A stretch of 64,000 nucleotides of DNA from the NCBI GenBank assembly GCA_005223125.1, contig NJBH01000006.1, positions 32,001 to 96,000 on the forward strand, given 5' to 3'. This stretch comes from Promethearchaeota archaeon Loki_b32. Lineage in GTDB: Archaea > Asgardarchaeota > Lokiarchaeia > Sigyniarchaeales > SOKP01. How positions within the stretch are numbered: the stretch's first letter is position 1; each line of letters begins with the position of its first letter. Below, in pieces: positions 29,384 to 39,445 of the stretch. The notes under the pieces were generated by a model. It ran no database searches, was not told the DNA's origin, and was given only the letters and a program-made list of their open reading frames with translations. The position numbers and the translations under genes are program-made.

Positions 29384-31473
29384 TTATTTGTAATTCTCTG
29401 GTCTTTTTCTCTTTAGACTATCCTTATATGAGAGTAACATTTGTTCAAACAATTCTGGACCCAAGAATAATTGATAACATGTTTTCCAAACCACCTTTTG
29501 GGTTTTCTTATCAATTTTTCTTTTTCTATTTATATTAATATTATTTGGGATCTGATAGAGATCAACAATTTCCTTCAAAAAGCATTTCTTTGTATTTAAA
29601 ATCTTGCCGACATACCTCCATGATGATTTCCATCCCCATCATAAAATCCCATTAAAAAATTCAATGCTAATCGCCCATCCTCTGTTAGTATTAATTTCCC
29701 ATCTGGATTTGCTTTTCTGGCTTGACTTATAAGATCTTTTATAATATATGGAACATGGCCTTTATACTTAAACTTAAGAATTCCAAGTTTTACTAAATCA
29801 AACCACATTGGCTTGCAGCCGAAAAAAACTCTTGAACTAAGTATGGTTCTTAACTCTCCATTTTCATCTTTATATAAGTAAGTTTCATCAAAAATTCGAT
29901 CCTGTTCATACCCTACAGCGGTAGCAAATTTTTCTACCACAATTCGATCTTTTCTTTTTAATTTAAGTTGTATTTGGTAATGTTTGTTGCCATATTGAGA
30001 AACCCATCCATCTGAGCACAACCATCCAAACCAATACATTATTTGAGGATCTTTGTTTATATCACTGAAGAAATTAGGTTTCGTTATAGTATATTTCTGG
30101 TTAGCATAATCTGGTATTTCAGGATTGCAATTTTCATATTTTTCAACTAATTTTATAACTTTTTTAGCTTTATTACCTAAAAATAATTTTAAATTATCTC
30201 TTATTATTGACAATCTTCTTTTCGTTAATATAAAATTTTTATTTCCTCGAATGTATCCCATCATTCGATATCCATATCCGAAAATTAAAGCAATATCTCC
30301 AAGTGTAGTTGTAACACTCTTAGAAATCTTTCCTAACTCATTTCGAAGTTTTTTGATAAGTAAATCAAGAGATATATGACATTCTTTATGAGAATTTATT
30401 AATTCATAACAGAAATTAGCTTTATTTCCAAATTTCTTTCTTATTTTTTTTTCCAATTCATTGAGATTTTTTTCAGGAAGGATGTATTTTGAGTTTTTCT
30501 TATGATATTGCAGTCTTTCTGAAACATATCCGTCATGGTGTCCCCATAATTTCGAGAGATCTTTCAAAGTAAATCCACTATGACCTCTTAAAACTCTATT
30601 TGGATTTAAATTATACATTTCTTTTGGATAATTATTTAATATATTCAACAATTCATCTATGAAATTTTTTACATTGTACTCCATAGAATCAATTTCTTCT
30701 TCAAATGGCAGACCATCTTCTCCCATTTTAATGTTTTTAGTGTCTTTACCATAATATAGTAAATAAAAAGGATAATGTTTTAGATCTTTTAGAATAGTTG
30801 CTTGAAATTTGGGAAGATTTTTCATTTCCCACATATCAGAGACTAACCTAAACACTAATTTTGTTAACCATAATAAATAGATTATAAAATGCTTTCGATA
30901 CTCTTGAATTGAACGTAATTTTGTTTGTAATAGTTTCAACCATTCCTCAAATTCCTCAGTTGTTAACTCATGTAGATTCTCTAAATAAGAACTATGTATT
31001 CGCTTGTCTATTATAGGTTTAACTTTTTTTGTAAGAGTGATGAGAATGGATTGCGTTAAACCTACTTGATGTATATTTACATCATTATCTTGCTCCCATT
31101 CTCTTATATTCTTATAAATTAAACGAGAAATTACAACAATTAAATTTTCTTTAAAGATTTTAGGGAAGCCTTTATCTCCCATAATCACATTTACAGAATA
31201 CTTTTTGGTTTTTGTCAGTTTACTGATACTTTTAACTATAGACTTTTTCTTTTTTTTAACTTTATCTTTAGAATTTGAGGTTCTCTCATAGTTCTCTTTA
31301 ATAATTCCCTCTTGAGGACTAATACTCGAAATATTAATCTCTATTCCACAGAATTCACAGACTGCAGATTCTTGTTCTTTAATTATTTTTTGAATAATAT
31401 CATTTTGAAATTCCCAACCACAATATTTACAAGAATTTGAAGGACTCTTCTGATTTTCAATCATATAAAACAA
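29384..31473 (-). pseudogene. Free-standing double-motif LAGLIDADG endonuclease-domain gene with N-terminal Zn ribbon; 1-nt frameshift near 29600
   Basis: CKYC..CEFC; YWFGWLCSDG and FLMGFYDGDG; main ORF stops at 29596 but the -1 frame continues ILNTKKCFLKEIVDLYQ... to 29384. Confidence 0.75.
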
Positions 31474-31565
31474 TAAATCCTATTTATATTTAAATAAAAA
31501 ATGTCAAAATTGAATTCATAATAATTTTAAAATCTAGGTATTTAAAGCAAAAAGAAGAAGTACTC

Positions 31566-31655
31566 TGGATTTTTATCTTTTGTTAATGTATTGATCTACA
31601 CTGTATGTTCGCCCTCCTCCCCCTATGTGAACTTACAAAAGAAAAACGATATCCA
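31566..31655. ncRNA. Candidate ~90-nt structured RNA with C-rich loop
   Basis: Outer pairings TGGAT/ATCCA and TCTTTTGT/ACAAAAGA; inner hairpin GTTCGC-(CCTCCTCCCCCTAT)-GTGAAC. Confidence 0.3.
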
Positions 31656-31819
31656 ATGAAGATAAATTCTTATAAAAAATATTTTAAAATTATCTATGGA
31701 AACTATTGAAAATAAAAATAAAACACAACTTTTCACATTCCTTTTTACTTTATTTTCGGTAATTTTTAATAATTTATTATGATCAGATTCTTATTTTTTA
31801 TTCTTATTCTTATCTTAAG

Positions 31820-32269
31820 ATGGATCAAAAAACTCAAAATGAAGCATTTAATAGCTATGTAAAAATTCTATTTAATAGTTTGGGTTGGAAAGAGAGAGCT
31901 TTCGCTGCTCAAAATCTTGGTCAACTAAAAGAAGGGAGAGCAACTAACATTTTAGCTAGAGCTTTGAAATCGGAGAAAGATGATGTTGTTATTAACCGTA
32001 TAATTGAGGCTATGGGTGAGATTAAAGATCCAAAAGCTACAATGCTAATAGTCAATTTTTTAAAACAAGAGTTAGAAAAGCCTGAAGAAGATCAAAATAA
32101 AACAAGATTATTTATAGTTATAGAAAGCCTTATGAAAATTGGAGATAAAAGAGCACTAGAGCATTTAGGCATATTATTAGATTCCTGTCATAGTGATATC
32201 AGAAAACTTACAGAAGAAGCTTTTGAGTGTATCGATCCAAAATGGAAACTAAATATAAAATCTGTTTGA
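31820..32269 (+). CDS. HEAT-repeat (PBS lyase-like) protein
   Basis: RAFAAQNLG, EAMGEIKDPKA, LMKIGDKRA repeats. Confidence 0.85.
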   Translation: MDQKTQNEAFNSYVKILFNSLGWKERAFAAQNLGQLKEGRATNILARALKSEKDDVVINRIIEAMGEIKDPKATMLIVNFLKQELEKPEEDQNKTRLFIVIESLMKIGDKRALEHLGILLDSCHSDIRKLTEEAFECIDPKWKLNIKSV

Positions 32270-32307
32270 ATCAAAAACTTTTTTAAAAATGAGGAAAAAA
32301 TAAAATT

Positions 32308-32619
32308 ATGTCTGAACTTATTGAAAAACTAGCACAATCTGTTGAGGGTTCTAAGAAAAATAGAGATATTACAATACTCACCTTGTCTACGTGTATGTGG
32401 TGCAAAAAATGTAAAACTTGGTTGAAAGAACGTGATGTACAATATAAATATGTCGATGTAGATCAAATTGATTTTAAAGAAAAATCAAAAATAATAGATT
32501 ATTTAAGAGATAAATATCAAAGTAGAATTTCATATCCGTTTATGATCTGTGATGATGAGTTTGTAGTAGGTTATAATCCAAATAGATATGAAGAATTAAT
32601 GAAAACTGGAGGGGATTAG
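32308..32619 (+). CDS. Glutaredoxin (CMWC)
   Basis: LSTCMWCKKCK, SYP cis-Pro, VVGYN. Confidence 0.88.
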   Translation: MSELIEKLAQSVEGSKKNRDITILTLSTCMWCKKCKTWLKERDVQYKYVDVDQIDFKEKSKIIDYLRDKYQSRISYPFMICDDEFVVGYNPNRYEELMKTGGD

Positions 32620-32620
32620 A

Positions 32621-32986
32621 ATGGATATGAAAACAAAAGATGGAATGCTGGAATATTGTAATAAAGTTTGTGATACAAATAATTGGATATTGAATAAAGA
32701 TCAAGAAACTCTAAATAATTTGATTGAAGGTTTAGTGGATAATAAAAATAATCTCGGATATCAATCATGCCCATGTCGTCTTGCCTCTGGTAATCGAGAT
32801 TTAGACCGAGATTTAATATGCCCTTGTGATTATGCTCCGTTAGATATAAATGATTATGGCACGTGTTATTGTAATTTATACTTCCGTTCTGATTTCTATG
32901 AAACTGTTGGAGAATTATTTGTTCTTGTTCCAGAAAGAAGGCCTGTTGAGAAAGAAAAAGCTGTTTTAGAACATTTTAAAAAATAA
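32621..32986 (+). CDS. Ferredoxin:thioredoxin/glutaredoxin reductase catalytic subunit
   Basis: CPCR...ICPC...CYC signature; starts 1 nt after the glutaredoxin stop. Confidence 0.9.
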   Translation: MDMKTKDGMLEYCNKVCDTNNWILNKDQETLNNLIEGLVDNKNNLGYQSCPCRLASGNRDLDRDLICPCDYAPLDINDYGTCYCNLYFRSDFYETVGELFVLVPERRPVEKEKAVLEHFKK

Positions 32987-33095
32987 TTTTTGTTTCTAAA
33001 TTTCTTTTTTTCTATTAAATTAAATTATTTAATTTGAACTTCATTTTTTATTTATAAATAAAATCCTTAAATAGTACAGTTACTCTTTGTAAATT

Positions 33096-33251
33096 ATGAC
33101 AGATAATGAAATAACTGATGATGAATTAGAAGAAGAACTCGATAAATCTTTTAGAGAAAATGAAGCTAAAAGAGACTGGTGTGGTAAACCTATGCCAAGC
33201 TCACGTGAAACAGGAGTCCAAAGAACAAATGTCAAACTTAAAAAAGATTAA
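33096..33251 (+). CDS. Small hypothetical protein (51 aa), not in ORF track
   Basis: MTDNEITDDELEEELDKSFRENEAKRDWCGKPMPSSRETGVQRTNVKLKKD; TTAAATA about 25 nt upstream (leaderless), T-tract after stop. Confidence 0.6.
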   Translation: MTDNEITDDELEEELDKSFRENEAKRDWCGKPMPSSRETGVQRTNVKLKKD

Positions 33252-33389
33252 TATTTTTCTTTTTCTTAAATTTTTCAGGATAGTATTCAAATACATTAAA
33301 TTTTAAAACTTGTTTTTGACATCAAATATCAATTCAGTATGGTAGATCTTATGGTCAAAGAGAGAATATGTGCAAATTATTAATGTAGT

Positions 33390-35039
33390 TTATTTAGAGA
33401 TTTTAATTTCTGGAATTTCTACGATGAAATTACTTCCTTTAGTATAATCATTTTCTAAACGATTTTCAACCCAAATTTTACCATGATAACTTTCAATAAT
33501 CTTTTTCACAAGTGATAAGCCAATCCCCATTCCTCTTATATTATTATCTTTATTGTGTCCCTTTTGAAAAATGGATTTCTTTTTTTTGTCAATAATACCA
33601 AAACCATTATCTTTGAATTCCATTTTAACATAATTTTTCTTATCAAGAAGGGCTTTAGTAATATCAACTTGGATTTTAACAGACTCATTTTGGTTATATT
33701 TTATTGCATTATGTAAGATATTTTCAAACACATCTAATAGAAATTCATTAGCATCGACGTATAATTCATTATTAACTTTTTTGATTTGGATATCTAATTT
33801 CTTTTCTTGAGCACTTTTATTCGCAAATTGTATTGCTTCATCTAAAATCCCATTAATCTCAACTGGTTTTAATGAAATTTCTGATTCTTCAAGTTTAGAA
33901 AGTTTGCGTACATTATTAATTAATTTGACCCCTCTATCAATTTGATTATCAATTATTTGAAAAAATTCGTCTAAATTATCAAAACTTTCTGATTTTTCTT
34001 TCAATATTGAGATTAATTCTGCTGAGGATTTAATATTATGAAAAATATTGTTTATATCATGCGTAAAAATATCTTTAAAGAATTCTGCTCTCTCATATGC
34101 CTCTCGATATCTATTTTCAGATTTTCTTAATTCTTGTTCAGCATGTTGATGTTCAGTAATATCTTTAAAGCTCCACACACGTCCTACTCTCTCTTCATCT
34201 TGGATTAATGGACAAGAATATTGTTCGAATATTCTTCCATCCTTAAAAAAAATCATATCATAACCATCCTTGGATGATTTTTCAAGATTTCTAAGTTTTA
34301 ATAAGAATTTATCTGGATCATTAAGTTGATCCAAGATATAATTTAATAACTTAGTGAAATCTTTCTGATCAATGACTTCATCTGGAATACGCCACATATA
34401 AATGAACCTTTCATTTAAATGCGTAATAACATTATTTATATCAACAACAAGAATTCCATCTGCTGTCGCTTCGAATGTGGCTCTTAATAATTCTTGACTC
34501 TCCTTTAATGCTTTTTCAGCATTTAATAGTTCAATAGTATCACCTAAGCTTTGACCAAATATCCGCAAAATCACAAAATCCTTACCTTTCCATTGAATTT
34601 TCTCTTTAATTTTACTAAAACACACAAATCCAGTTATCGCTCTGCTAATATAGATGGGAAAAGCTAAAAAAGATTGGATACTTTGTATTTCCATAAATTT
34701 CTTTACTGATTGAGCTCCATTTGGTAAATTAGAAACATCTCGAATATTAATAAAACTAATTTTCTTAACTTGATTTATCCACCAGGAAATTATTCTAATA
34801 TCTACTTTTTGAAGATTTTTAAGTTGGGAATTAATCCCTTCTGAACACCATTCATGGGTATTTCCAAAAAATTTTTTGTTATCATCAAAAAGAAAAAGAG
34901 TAACTCGATCTGCTTTTGATACAATTCCCATGTCTTCAAAGGATGAATTAATCGCTTCATCAAGATTTACTCTACCTACAAATCGAGAAGAGATACTTGA
35001 AATTACTTTTTCAAAATTTAATCTACTTTCAAGCGACAC
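33390..35039 (-). CDS. Cytoplasmic GAF-PAS sensor histidine kinase
   Basis: GAF (THEWC), PAS (DGILVVD), H-box FTHDINN, NAIKY, DNGFG, GMGIGL, GSNF. Confidence 0.92.
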   Translation of the reverse strand: MSLESRLNFEKVISSISSRFVGRVNLDEAINSSFEDMGIVSKADRVTLFLFDDNKKFFGNTHEWCSEGINSQLKNLQKVDIRIISWWINQVKKISFINIRDVSNLPNGAQSVKKFMEIQSIQSFLAFPIYISRAITGFVCFSKIKEKIQWKGKDFVILRIFGQSLGDTIELLNAEKALKESQELLRATFEATADGILVVDINNVITHLNERFIYMWRIPDEVIDQKDFTKLLNYILDQLNDPDKFLLKLRNLEKSSKDGYDMIFFKDGRIFEQYSCPLIQDEERVGRVWSFKDITEHQHAEQELRKSENRYREAYERAEFFKDIFTHDINNIFHNIKSSAELISILKEKSESFDNLDEFFQIIDNQIDRGVKLINNVRKLSKLEESEISLKPVEINGILDEAIQFANKSAQEKKLDIQIKKVNNELYVDANEFLLDVFENILHNAIKYNQNESVKIQVDITKALLDKKNYVKMEFKDNGFGIIDKKKKSIFQKGHNKDNNIRGMGIGLSLVKKIIESYHGKIWVENRLENDYTKGSNFIVEIPEIKISK

Positions 35040-35248
35040 TGAAATGCTCCTTAATGAAAAGAACTGAAATTAAATCCCTTATGTTATTTAAATATAATAG
35101 AGAAAGCTGAATCTACAAATATGATAAATTAGATATTTTTAAATTTATGGAAAGGGAAAAAGCAGATCTCTATGTGTAAAATAACTGCTAAATTCCAAAT
35201 TTGTGTTTCAATTTATGAAATTTATAAAATTTAGTACTTTTAATATAT

Positions 35249-36409
35249 TTGATTGATTTGGAATGCAACAATATTACATTTGAAAAAGAATCTGAAAAGA
35301 ATCATAAAAAATTTACTTTAAGAGAATTTGGAGGAGCCTTTGGAGATTGGGGTACATTAGTACCATTTATAATTGGATATATATCAATAGTAGGTTTAAA
35401 TCCCGCAGGAATTTTCCTTACACTAGGAATAACAAATATCATTTTAGGGATAAAATTTAATCTTCCGCTTCCTGTACAACCACAGAAGACGATTGGTACA
35501 GTGGCTATATCAAAAGGATGGGATCCTAATATGGTTATTTCCACCGGTTTTGGAACGGGGGTCGTATGGTTTCTACTTGGCTTCTCAAAAAAGCTTAATA
35601 AAATCGTAAGTAAAGTTCCAATTGTAGCAGTAAGAGGAATCCAACTTGGTTTAGCATTAATATTAGGCTGGACAGGATTAAAGTTATTTAGTGAAAATTT
35701 ATTTCTTGGTTTTATATCGATTGCAATCATCTTAATTTTAATAAAGAATAAGCCGATCCCTTCAGCTATTATTCTTACTTTTGGGGGGATTTTAATCATG
35801 TTTTTTACACAGACCATTTTTATTTCAGAATTAGAATTTGGTTTTCCATTATTAACGTTTCAAATACCTACATGGGATAATTTTTTACTTGGAATGGTGT
35901 ACGCGGGGTTTGCACAATTATTTTTAACTTTAACAAATGTTATGGTTGCTACTGTTGTTTTAATTAAAGAGTTGTTTCCTGATAGGGAAGGGATAGACGC
36001 TAATACTTTAGCTTTCAATATGGGCGCTATGAATTTAATTAATCCTTTTTTGGTGGGAATGCCATTATGCCATGGATCAGGAGGATTAATGGCACAATAT
36101 GCTTTTGGAGCTAGAACGGGAGGTTCCATGATAATGGAGGGCGTAATGGAATTGATTCTCGGATTATTTTTTTCTGAAGCTTTACTTATACTTTTTACAG
36201 AGTTTCCTATGGCTATTTTAGGTGCTATGCTTATTTATACCGCCTTTTTATTAGGAAAAATTGCACTCAGCGATTTTAATATAAAAGTATTCCCAATAAT
36301 CTTAACCTCTGCAATTATTTGCTTTTCTATTAATATTGCAATTGGTTTTCTGATTGGATTAATAATTTATTTATTTTTTACTAAAGTAATTGAAAAAACT
36401 GATAGTTAA
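35249..36409 (+). CDS. MOT1-family molybdate (sulfate) transporter
   Basis: GAFGDWGT, PLPVQPQK, MPLCHGSGGL.AQY.FGARTGG. Confidence 0.85.
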   Translation: MIDLECNNITFEKESEKNHKKFTLREFGGAFGDWGTLVPFIIGYISIVGLNPAGIFLTLGITNIILGIKFNLPLPVQPQKTIGTVAISKGWDPNMVISTGFGTGVVWFLLGFSKKLNKIVSKVPIVAVRGIQLGLALILGWTGLKLFSENLFLGFISIAIILILIKNKPIPSAIILTFGGILIMFFTQTIFISELEFGFPLLTFQIPTWDNFLLGMVYAGFAQLFLTLTNVMVATVVLIKELFPDREGIDANTLAFNMGAMNLINPFLVGMPLCHGSGGLMAQYAFGARTGGSMIMEGVMELILGLFFSEALLILFTEFPMAILGAMLIYTAFLLGKIALSDFNIKVFPIILTSAIICFSINIAIGFLIGLIIYLFFTKVIEKTDS

Positions 36410-36549
36410 GCTTTAAATTAATCTTTTGAAATATTAGTATAATTTTATAAGATTTTATTCAAAAACGATTCATAACTAATTTTTTTTATATTTTAAACAA
36501 AAAATTATTTTAAGTGTGAAAGCAAATATTCATAATAGATTGAATTGTA

Positions 36550-37254
36550 ATGGGTGATTTTATGTTATTTTCACAAAATGAAATGGATAATGTCAAAAGA
36601 GAAATGGCTAAGTTAAAGGATAATGTTGTTTTAAAGCTATTTACTGATTTCAAAACCCAAGAAGATGGAACAAAACTAAGAAAATGCATGGCATGTGAGG
36701 GTACGTATGAGTTATTAAAAACTTTAGAAGAACTTTCTAATGGAAAATTAAAAATTGATGAAATATCTATTGAAGAAAATGAAGAAGAAGCAAAAAAATT
36801 CAATGTTACTAAAATTCCAGCCATATTGTTTGTAGATCAAAATGATAAAGAAATAATCCGATATTTAGCACATCCAACTGGATCTGAATTTGTACCTTTT
36901 CTTAATAGTATTCAATATTTTTCAGGAGTAAGACCTTACTATGCGGATCAAATCCTTACTCATCTTAAAAAGATAGATAAGTCAAAAATGAAAATTTTTA
37001 TAACTCCGACATGCCCTTACTGTCCGGCCACAGTTCCTGTTTTAACCCTCTTTGCTATCGTTTCTAAGGGAAAAGTTACGGCGGAAGTGATTGATGTTAA
37101 CTTGAACCCGGATTTAGGAATGAAATATCAAGTACAAGGAGTACCTCATACAGTTGTCAATGAGAAAGACCACATATATGGAATGTTTAGTCCCCAAGAT
37201 TTATTAGATAAATTAACTAAGGGACAGAGAGATTTTGGTGGAATGTATGCATAG
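36550..37254 (+). CDS. Protein disulfide oxidoreductase (two thioredoxin folds), copy 1
   Basis: CMAC and CPYC sites, GVP. Confidence 0.88.
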   Translation: MGDFMLFSQNEMDNVKREMAKLKDNVVLKLFTDFKTQEDGTKLRKCMACEGTYELLKTLEELSNGKLKIDEISIEENEEEAKKFNVTKIPAILFVDQNDKEIIRYLAHPTGSEFVPFLNSIQYFSGVRPYYADQILTHLKKIDKSKMKIFITPTCPYCPATVPVLTLFAIVSKGKVTAEVIDVNLNPDLGMKYQVQGVPHTVVNEKDHIYGMFSPQDLLDKLTKGQRDFGGMYA

Positions 37255-37272
37255 GAAAGGTGATTCATAAAA

Positions 37273-37956
37273 ATGTCTTCAGACGATCGATATAAGGAAA
37301 TAATTAGACGTGAAATGTCTAAATTAAAAAAGCCTGTTAAACTGAAGGTTTTTACTTCACAAAGAATAGGACCAAATGGAACTCAAATAAGAGCTTGTAT
37401 GGATTGTGGTGAATTTATGGCTTTATTAAGGATTTATGAAGAAAATTCAAACGGTATGCTGACAATTGAAGAACTTTCAATAGATGATAACCCAGAATTC
37501 GCAAAAAAGTTTGACATTAATCGAGTCCCAACAATACTTTTTATAGATGATAATGGTCGAGAGATAATCAGATATTTAGCAGCTCCAAAAGGGGGAGAGA
37601 TCCAACCTTTCATCCAGGCTATATTTAACTTTGCAGGAACTCCCAATTATTATGAGGCTACAATAAAAAAAAATCTAGATAGGATACAACCATCTACTAT
37701 TAAGGTAATGATGACAGAGACGTGCCCCTATTGTCCTCAAGTAATTGCTATAAGTAATTCCTTCGCAATTGCTTCTGAGGGGAAGATTAGAACCGTAATT
37801 ATCGATATCGCGGCAAATCCTGATATAGGTCAATATTATGATGCTGCTGGTGTTCCATATACTATTATTAATGATCAAAAGACTTTAGTGGGAATGGTTG
37901 GGCCAAATGAAATTTTAAGCGCCTTGATTGGAGGGAATATTCGTGTTCAATATTGA
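37273..37956 (+). CDS. Protein disulfide oxidoreductase (two thioredoxin folds), copy 2
   Basis: CMDC and CPYC sites; colinear with the upstream paralogue. Confidence 0.88.
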   Translation: MSSDDRYKEIIRREMSKLKKPVKLKVFTSQRIGPNGTQIRACMDCGEFMALLRIYEENSNGMLTIEELSIDDNPEFAKKFDINRVPTILFIDDNGREIIRYLAAPKGGEIQPFIQAIFNFAGTPNYYEATIKKNLDRIQPSTIKVMMTETCPYCPQVIAISNSFAIASEGKIRTVIIDIAANPDIGQYYDAAGVPYTIINDQKTLVGMVGPNEILSALIGGNIRVQY

Positions 37957-37957
37957 T

Positions 37958-38887
37958 ATGGAAGCTATAGATTTCGAAAAAACTTATGATCTAATTGTAT
38001 TAGGGGGTGGACCCACTGCGATTGGATGTGCCATTTATGCTGCTCGATTCGCGATGGATGTACTGGTTGTTGGAAAAACTTTTGGTGGATTGATAGCGAC
38101 TACTCATATTGTTGAAAATTATCCTGCAATTACATCCATAAGTGGTCAAGGATTAATGGATATGTTTAAAGATCATATGGACTCACTTAGTATCCCATAT
38201 ATATCAGATCAGATACGCAGTATTGATAAAGTTGATGATTATTTTGAACTTCGTTCCTTCTTTCAGAAATTTAAAGCACATTCAATTTGCATAGCAACTG
38301 GTTCAGAAAGACGGAAATTAGGTATACCTGGAGAAGAGGAATATACTGGTCGAGGTGTTTCATATTGTGCCACTTGTGATGGTCCCTTTTACAAAAATAA
38401 AGTAGTATGTGTAATAGGAGGAAGTGATTCTGCTGCTAAAGAAGCGCTGTTTTTAGCACAAAACACCAAAAAAGTATATATTATTTATCGGGGAGAAGAT
38501 ATTAGAGCTGAACCTATAAACAAAAAACGTGTATTTGAAAATGAAAAAATAGAAATTATCTACAAAACTAATGTTGTTGAAATAAAAGGGGAAGGGAATG
38601 TAAAATCTGTAGTTTTTGATAATGATATCGAACTCGTTGTTGATGGTGTGTTTGTTGAGATTGGTTCAATTCCTAATTCTGATTTAGCAAAACGTATTGG
38701 TGTAGAAACAAATGAAAAAGGAGAAATTAAAATAAATCGTAAGTCAGAAACAAATATTACTGGTATTTTTGCTGCAGGAGATGTTGCTGATGCCCCTTTT
38801 AAGCAAGCAATTACAGGAGTTTCTGAAGGAGTAATAGCTGCATACTCTGCTTTTGATTATGTTAAAGAAATGAATATAGAATATTAG
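37958..38887 (+). CDS. trxB: Thioredoxin reductase
   Basis: GGGP, VENYP, IATG, GVSYCATCDG, GGSDSA, FAAGD; ATG at 37958 preferred over TTG at 37928. Confidence 0.93.
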   Translation: MEAIDFEKTYDLIVLGGGPTAIGCAIYAARFAMDVLVVGKTFGGLIATTHIVENYPAITSISGQGLMDMFKDHMDSLSIPYISDQIRSIDKVDDYFELRSFFQKFKAHSICIATGSERRKLGIPGEEEYTGRGVSYCATCDGPFYKNKVVCVIGGSDSAAKEALFLAQNTKKVYIIYRGEDIRAEPINKKRVFENEKIEIIYKTNVVEIKGEGNVKSVVFDNDIELVVDGVFVEIGSIPNSDLAKRIGVETNEKGEIKINRKSETNITGIFAAGDVADAPFKQAITGVSEGVIAAYSAFDYVKEMNIEY

Positions 38888-38947
38888 TAGTATTTTTTTC
38901 TTTTGATTTTTAGTTAAACTTTAAAAAAGAGTGAAAAAAAAGGAAAT

Positions 38948-39262
38948 TTATTCAATATTTATTTCAATACTATGAAATTCGGGCTCTTTGAACGGTACTT
39001 CAATCTTTAAAAGTCCATTTTTATAAATTGCTTTTGTTTCTTCTGGTTTAATTAGACAGCAAACACCATAGGAACCTATATAAACAGTGTCTTCAGTTTC
39101 TCCTTTAATGAAAAAACTGTCATCATGCATTTTAAGCTTAATTGATTCTTTCTCTACTCCAGGCAGTTGTATTTCAATTTTATAAATGTTTTGTTCATCA
39201 TCAGCCCAAGAACACACTTCTGGTGACATTAAATACTTTTCTTCTTCTTTTACTTCAGACAT
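38948..39262 (-). CDS. Small heat-shock protein (Hsp20)
   Basis: IQLPGVEKESI, KAIYKNGLLKIEVP; start taken at ATG 39262. Confidence 0.88.
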   Translation of the reverse strand: MSEVKEEEKYLMSPEVCSWADDEQNIYKIEIQLPGVEKESIKLKMHDDSFFIKGETEDTVYIGSYGVCCLIKPEETKAIYKNGLLKIEVPFKEPEFHSIEINIE

Positions 39263-39445
39263 ATTTTTCACTTCAAAGTTAAAATTATATTTAGATTTAA
39301 TTATTACTTCAACCAAAATAACCGATTTAAAAGTTCTTTCTATGGAATATTAAAGAAGGAGTGAATTTTCCTTAAAAATTAAATTGAAAATTTGTTTTTC
39401 CTTTAATTTAAAAATTTTTAAAAAATATTGAATCGAGGGACGCTT

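Noticed and set aside
29590-29610. Programmed -1 frameshift in the LAGLIDADG gene
   Set aside because: AGA TTT TAA AT does not place an X XXY YYZ heptamer in the correct frame; a 1-nt deletion or error is simpler.
15956-36545. ATAGATTGAA upstream of CoADR, rubredoxin and PDO as a shared redox regulon motif
   Set aside because: AT-rich 10-mer found post hoc, inconsistent orientation, not palindromic; chance cannot be excluded without a proper motif search.
11238-38887. Selenocysteine recoding in the redox genes (Lokiarchaeia are known Sec users)
   Set aside because: The catalytic positions I inspected are ordinary Cys codons. The one internal TGA found (13821) aligns to Gly in a frameshifted pseudogene. 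No convincing SECIS seen by eye.
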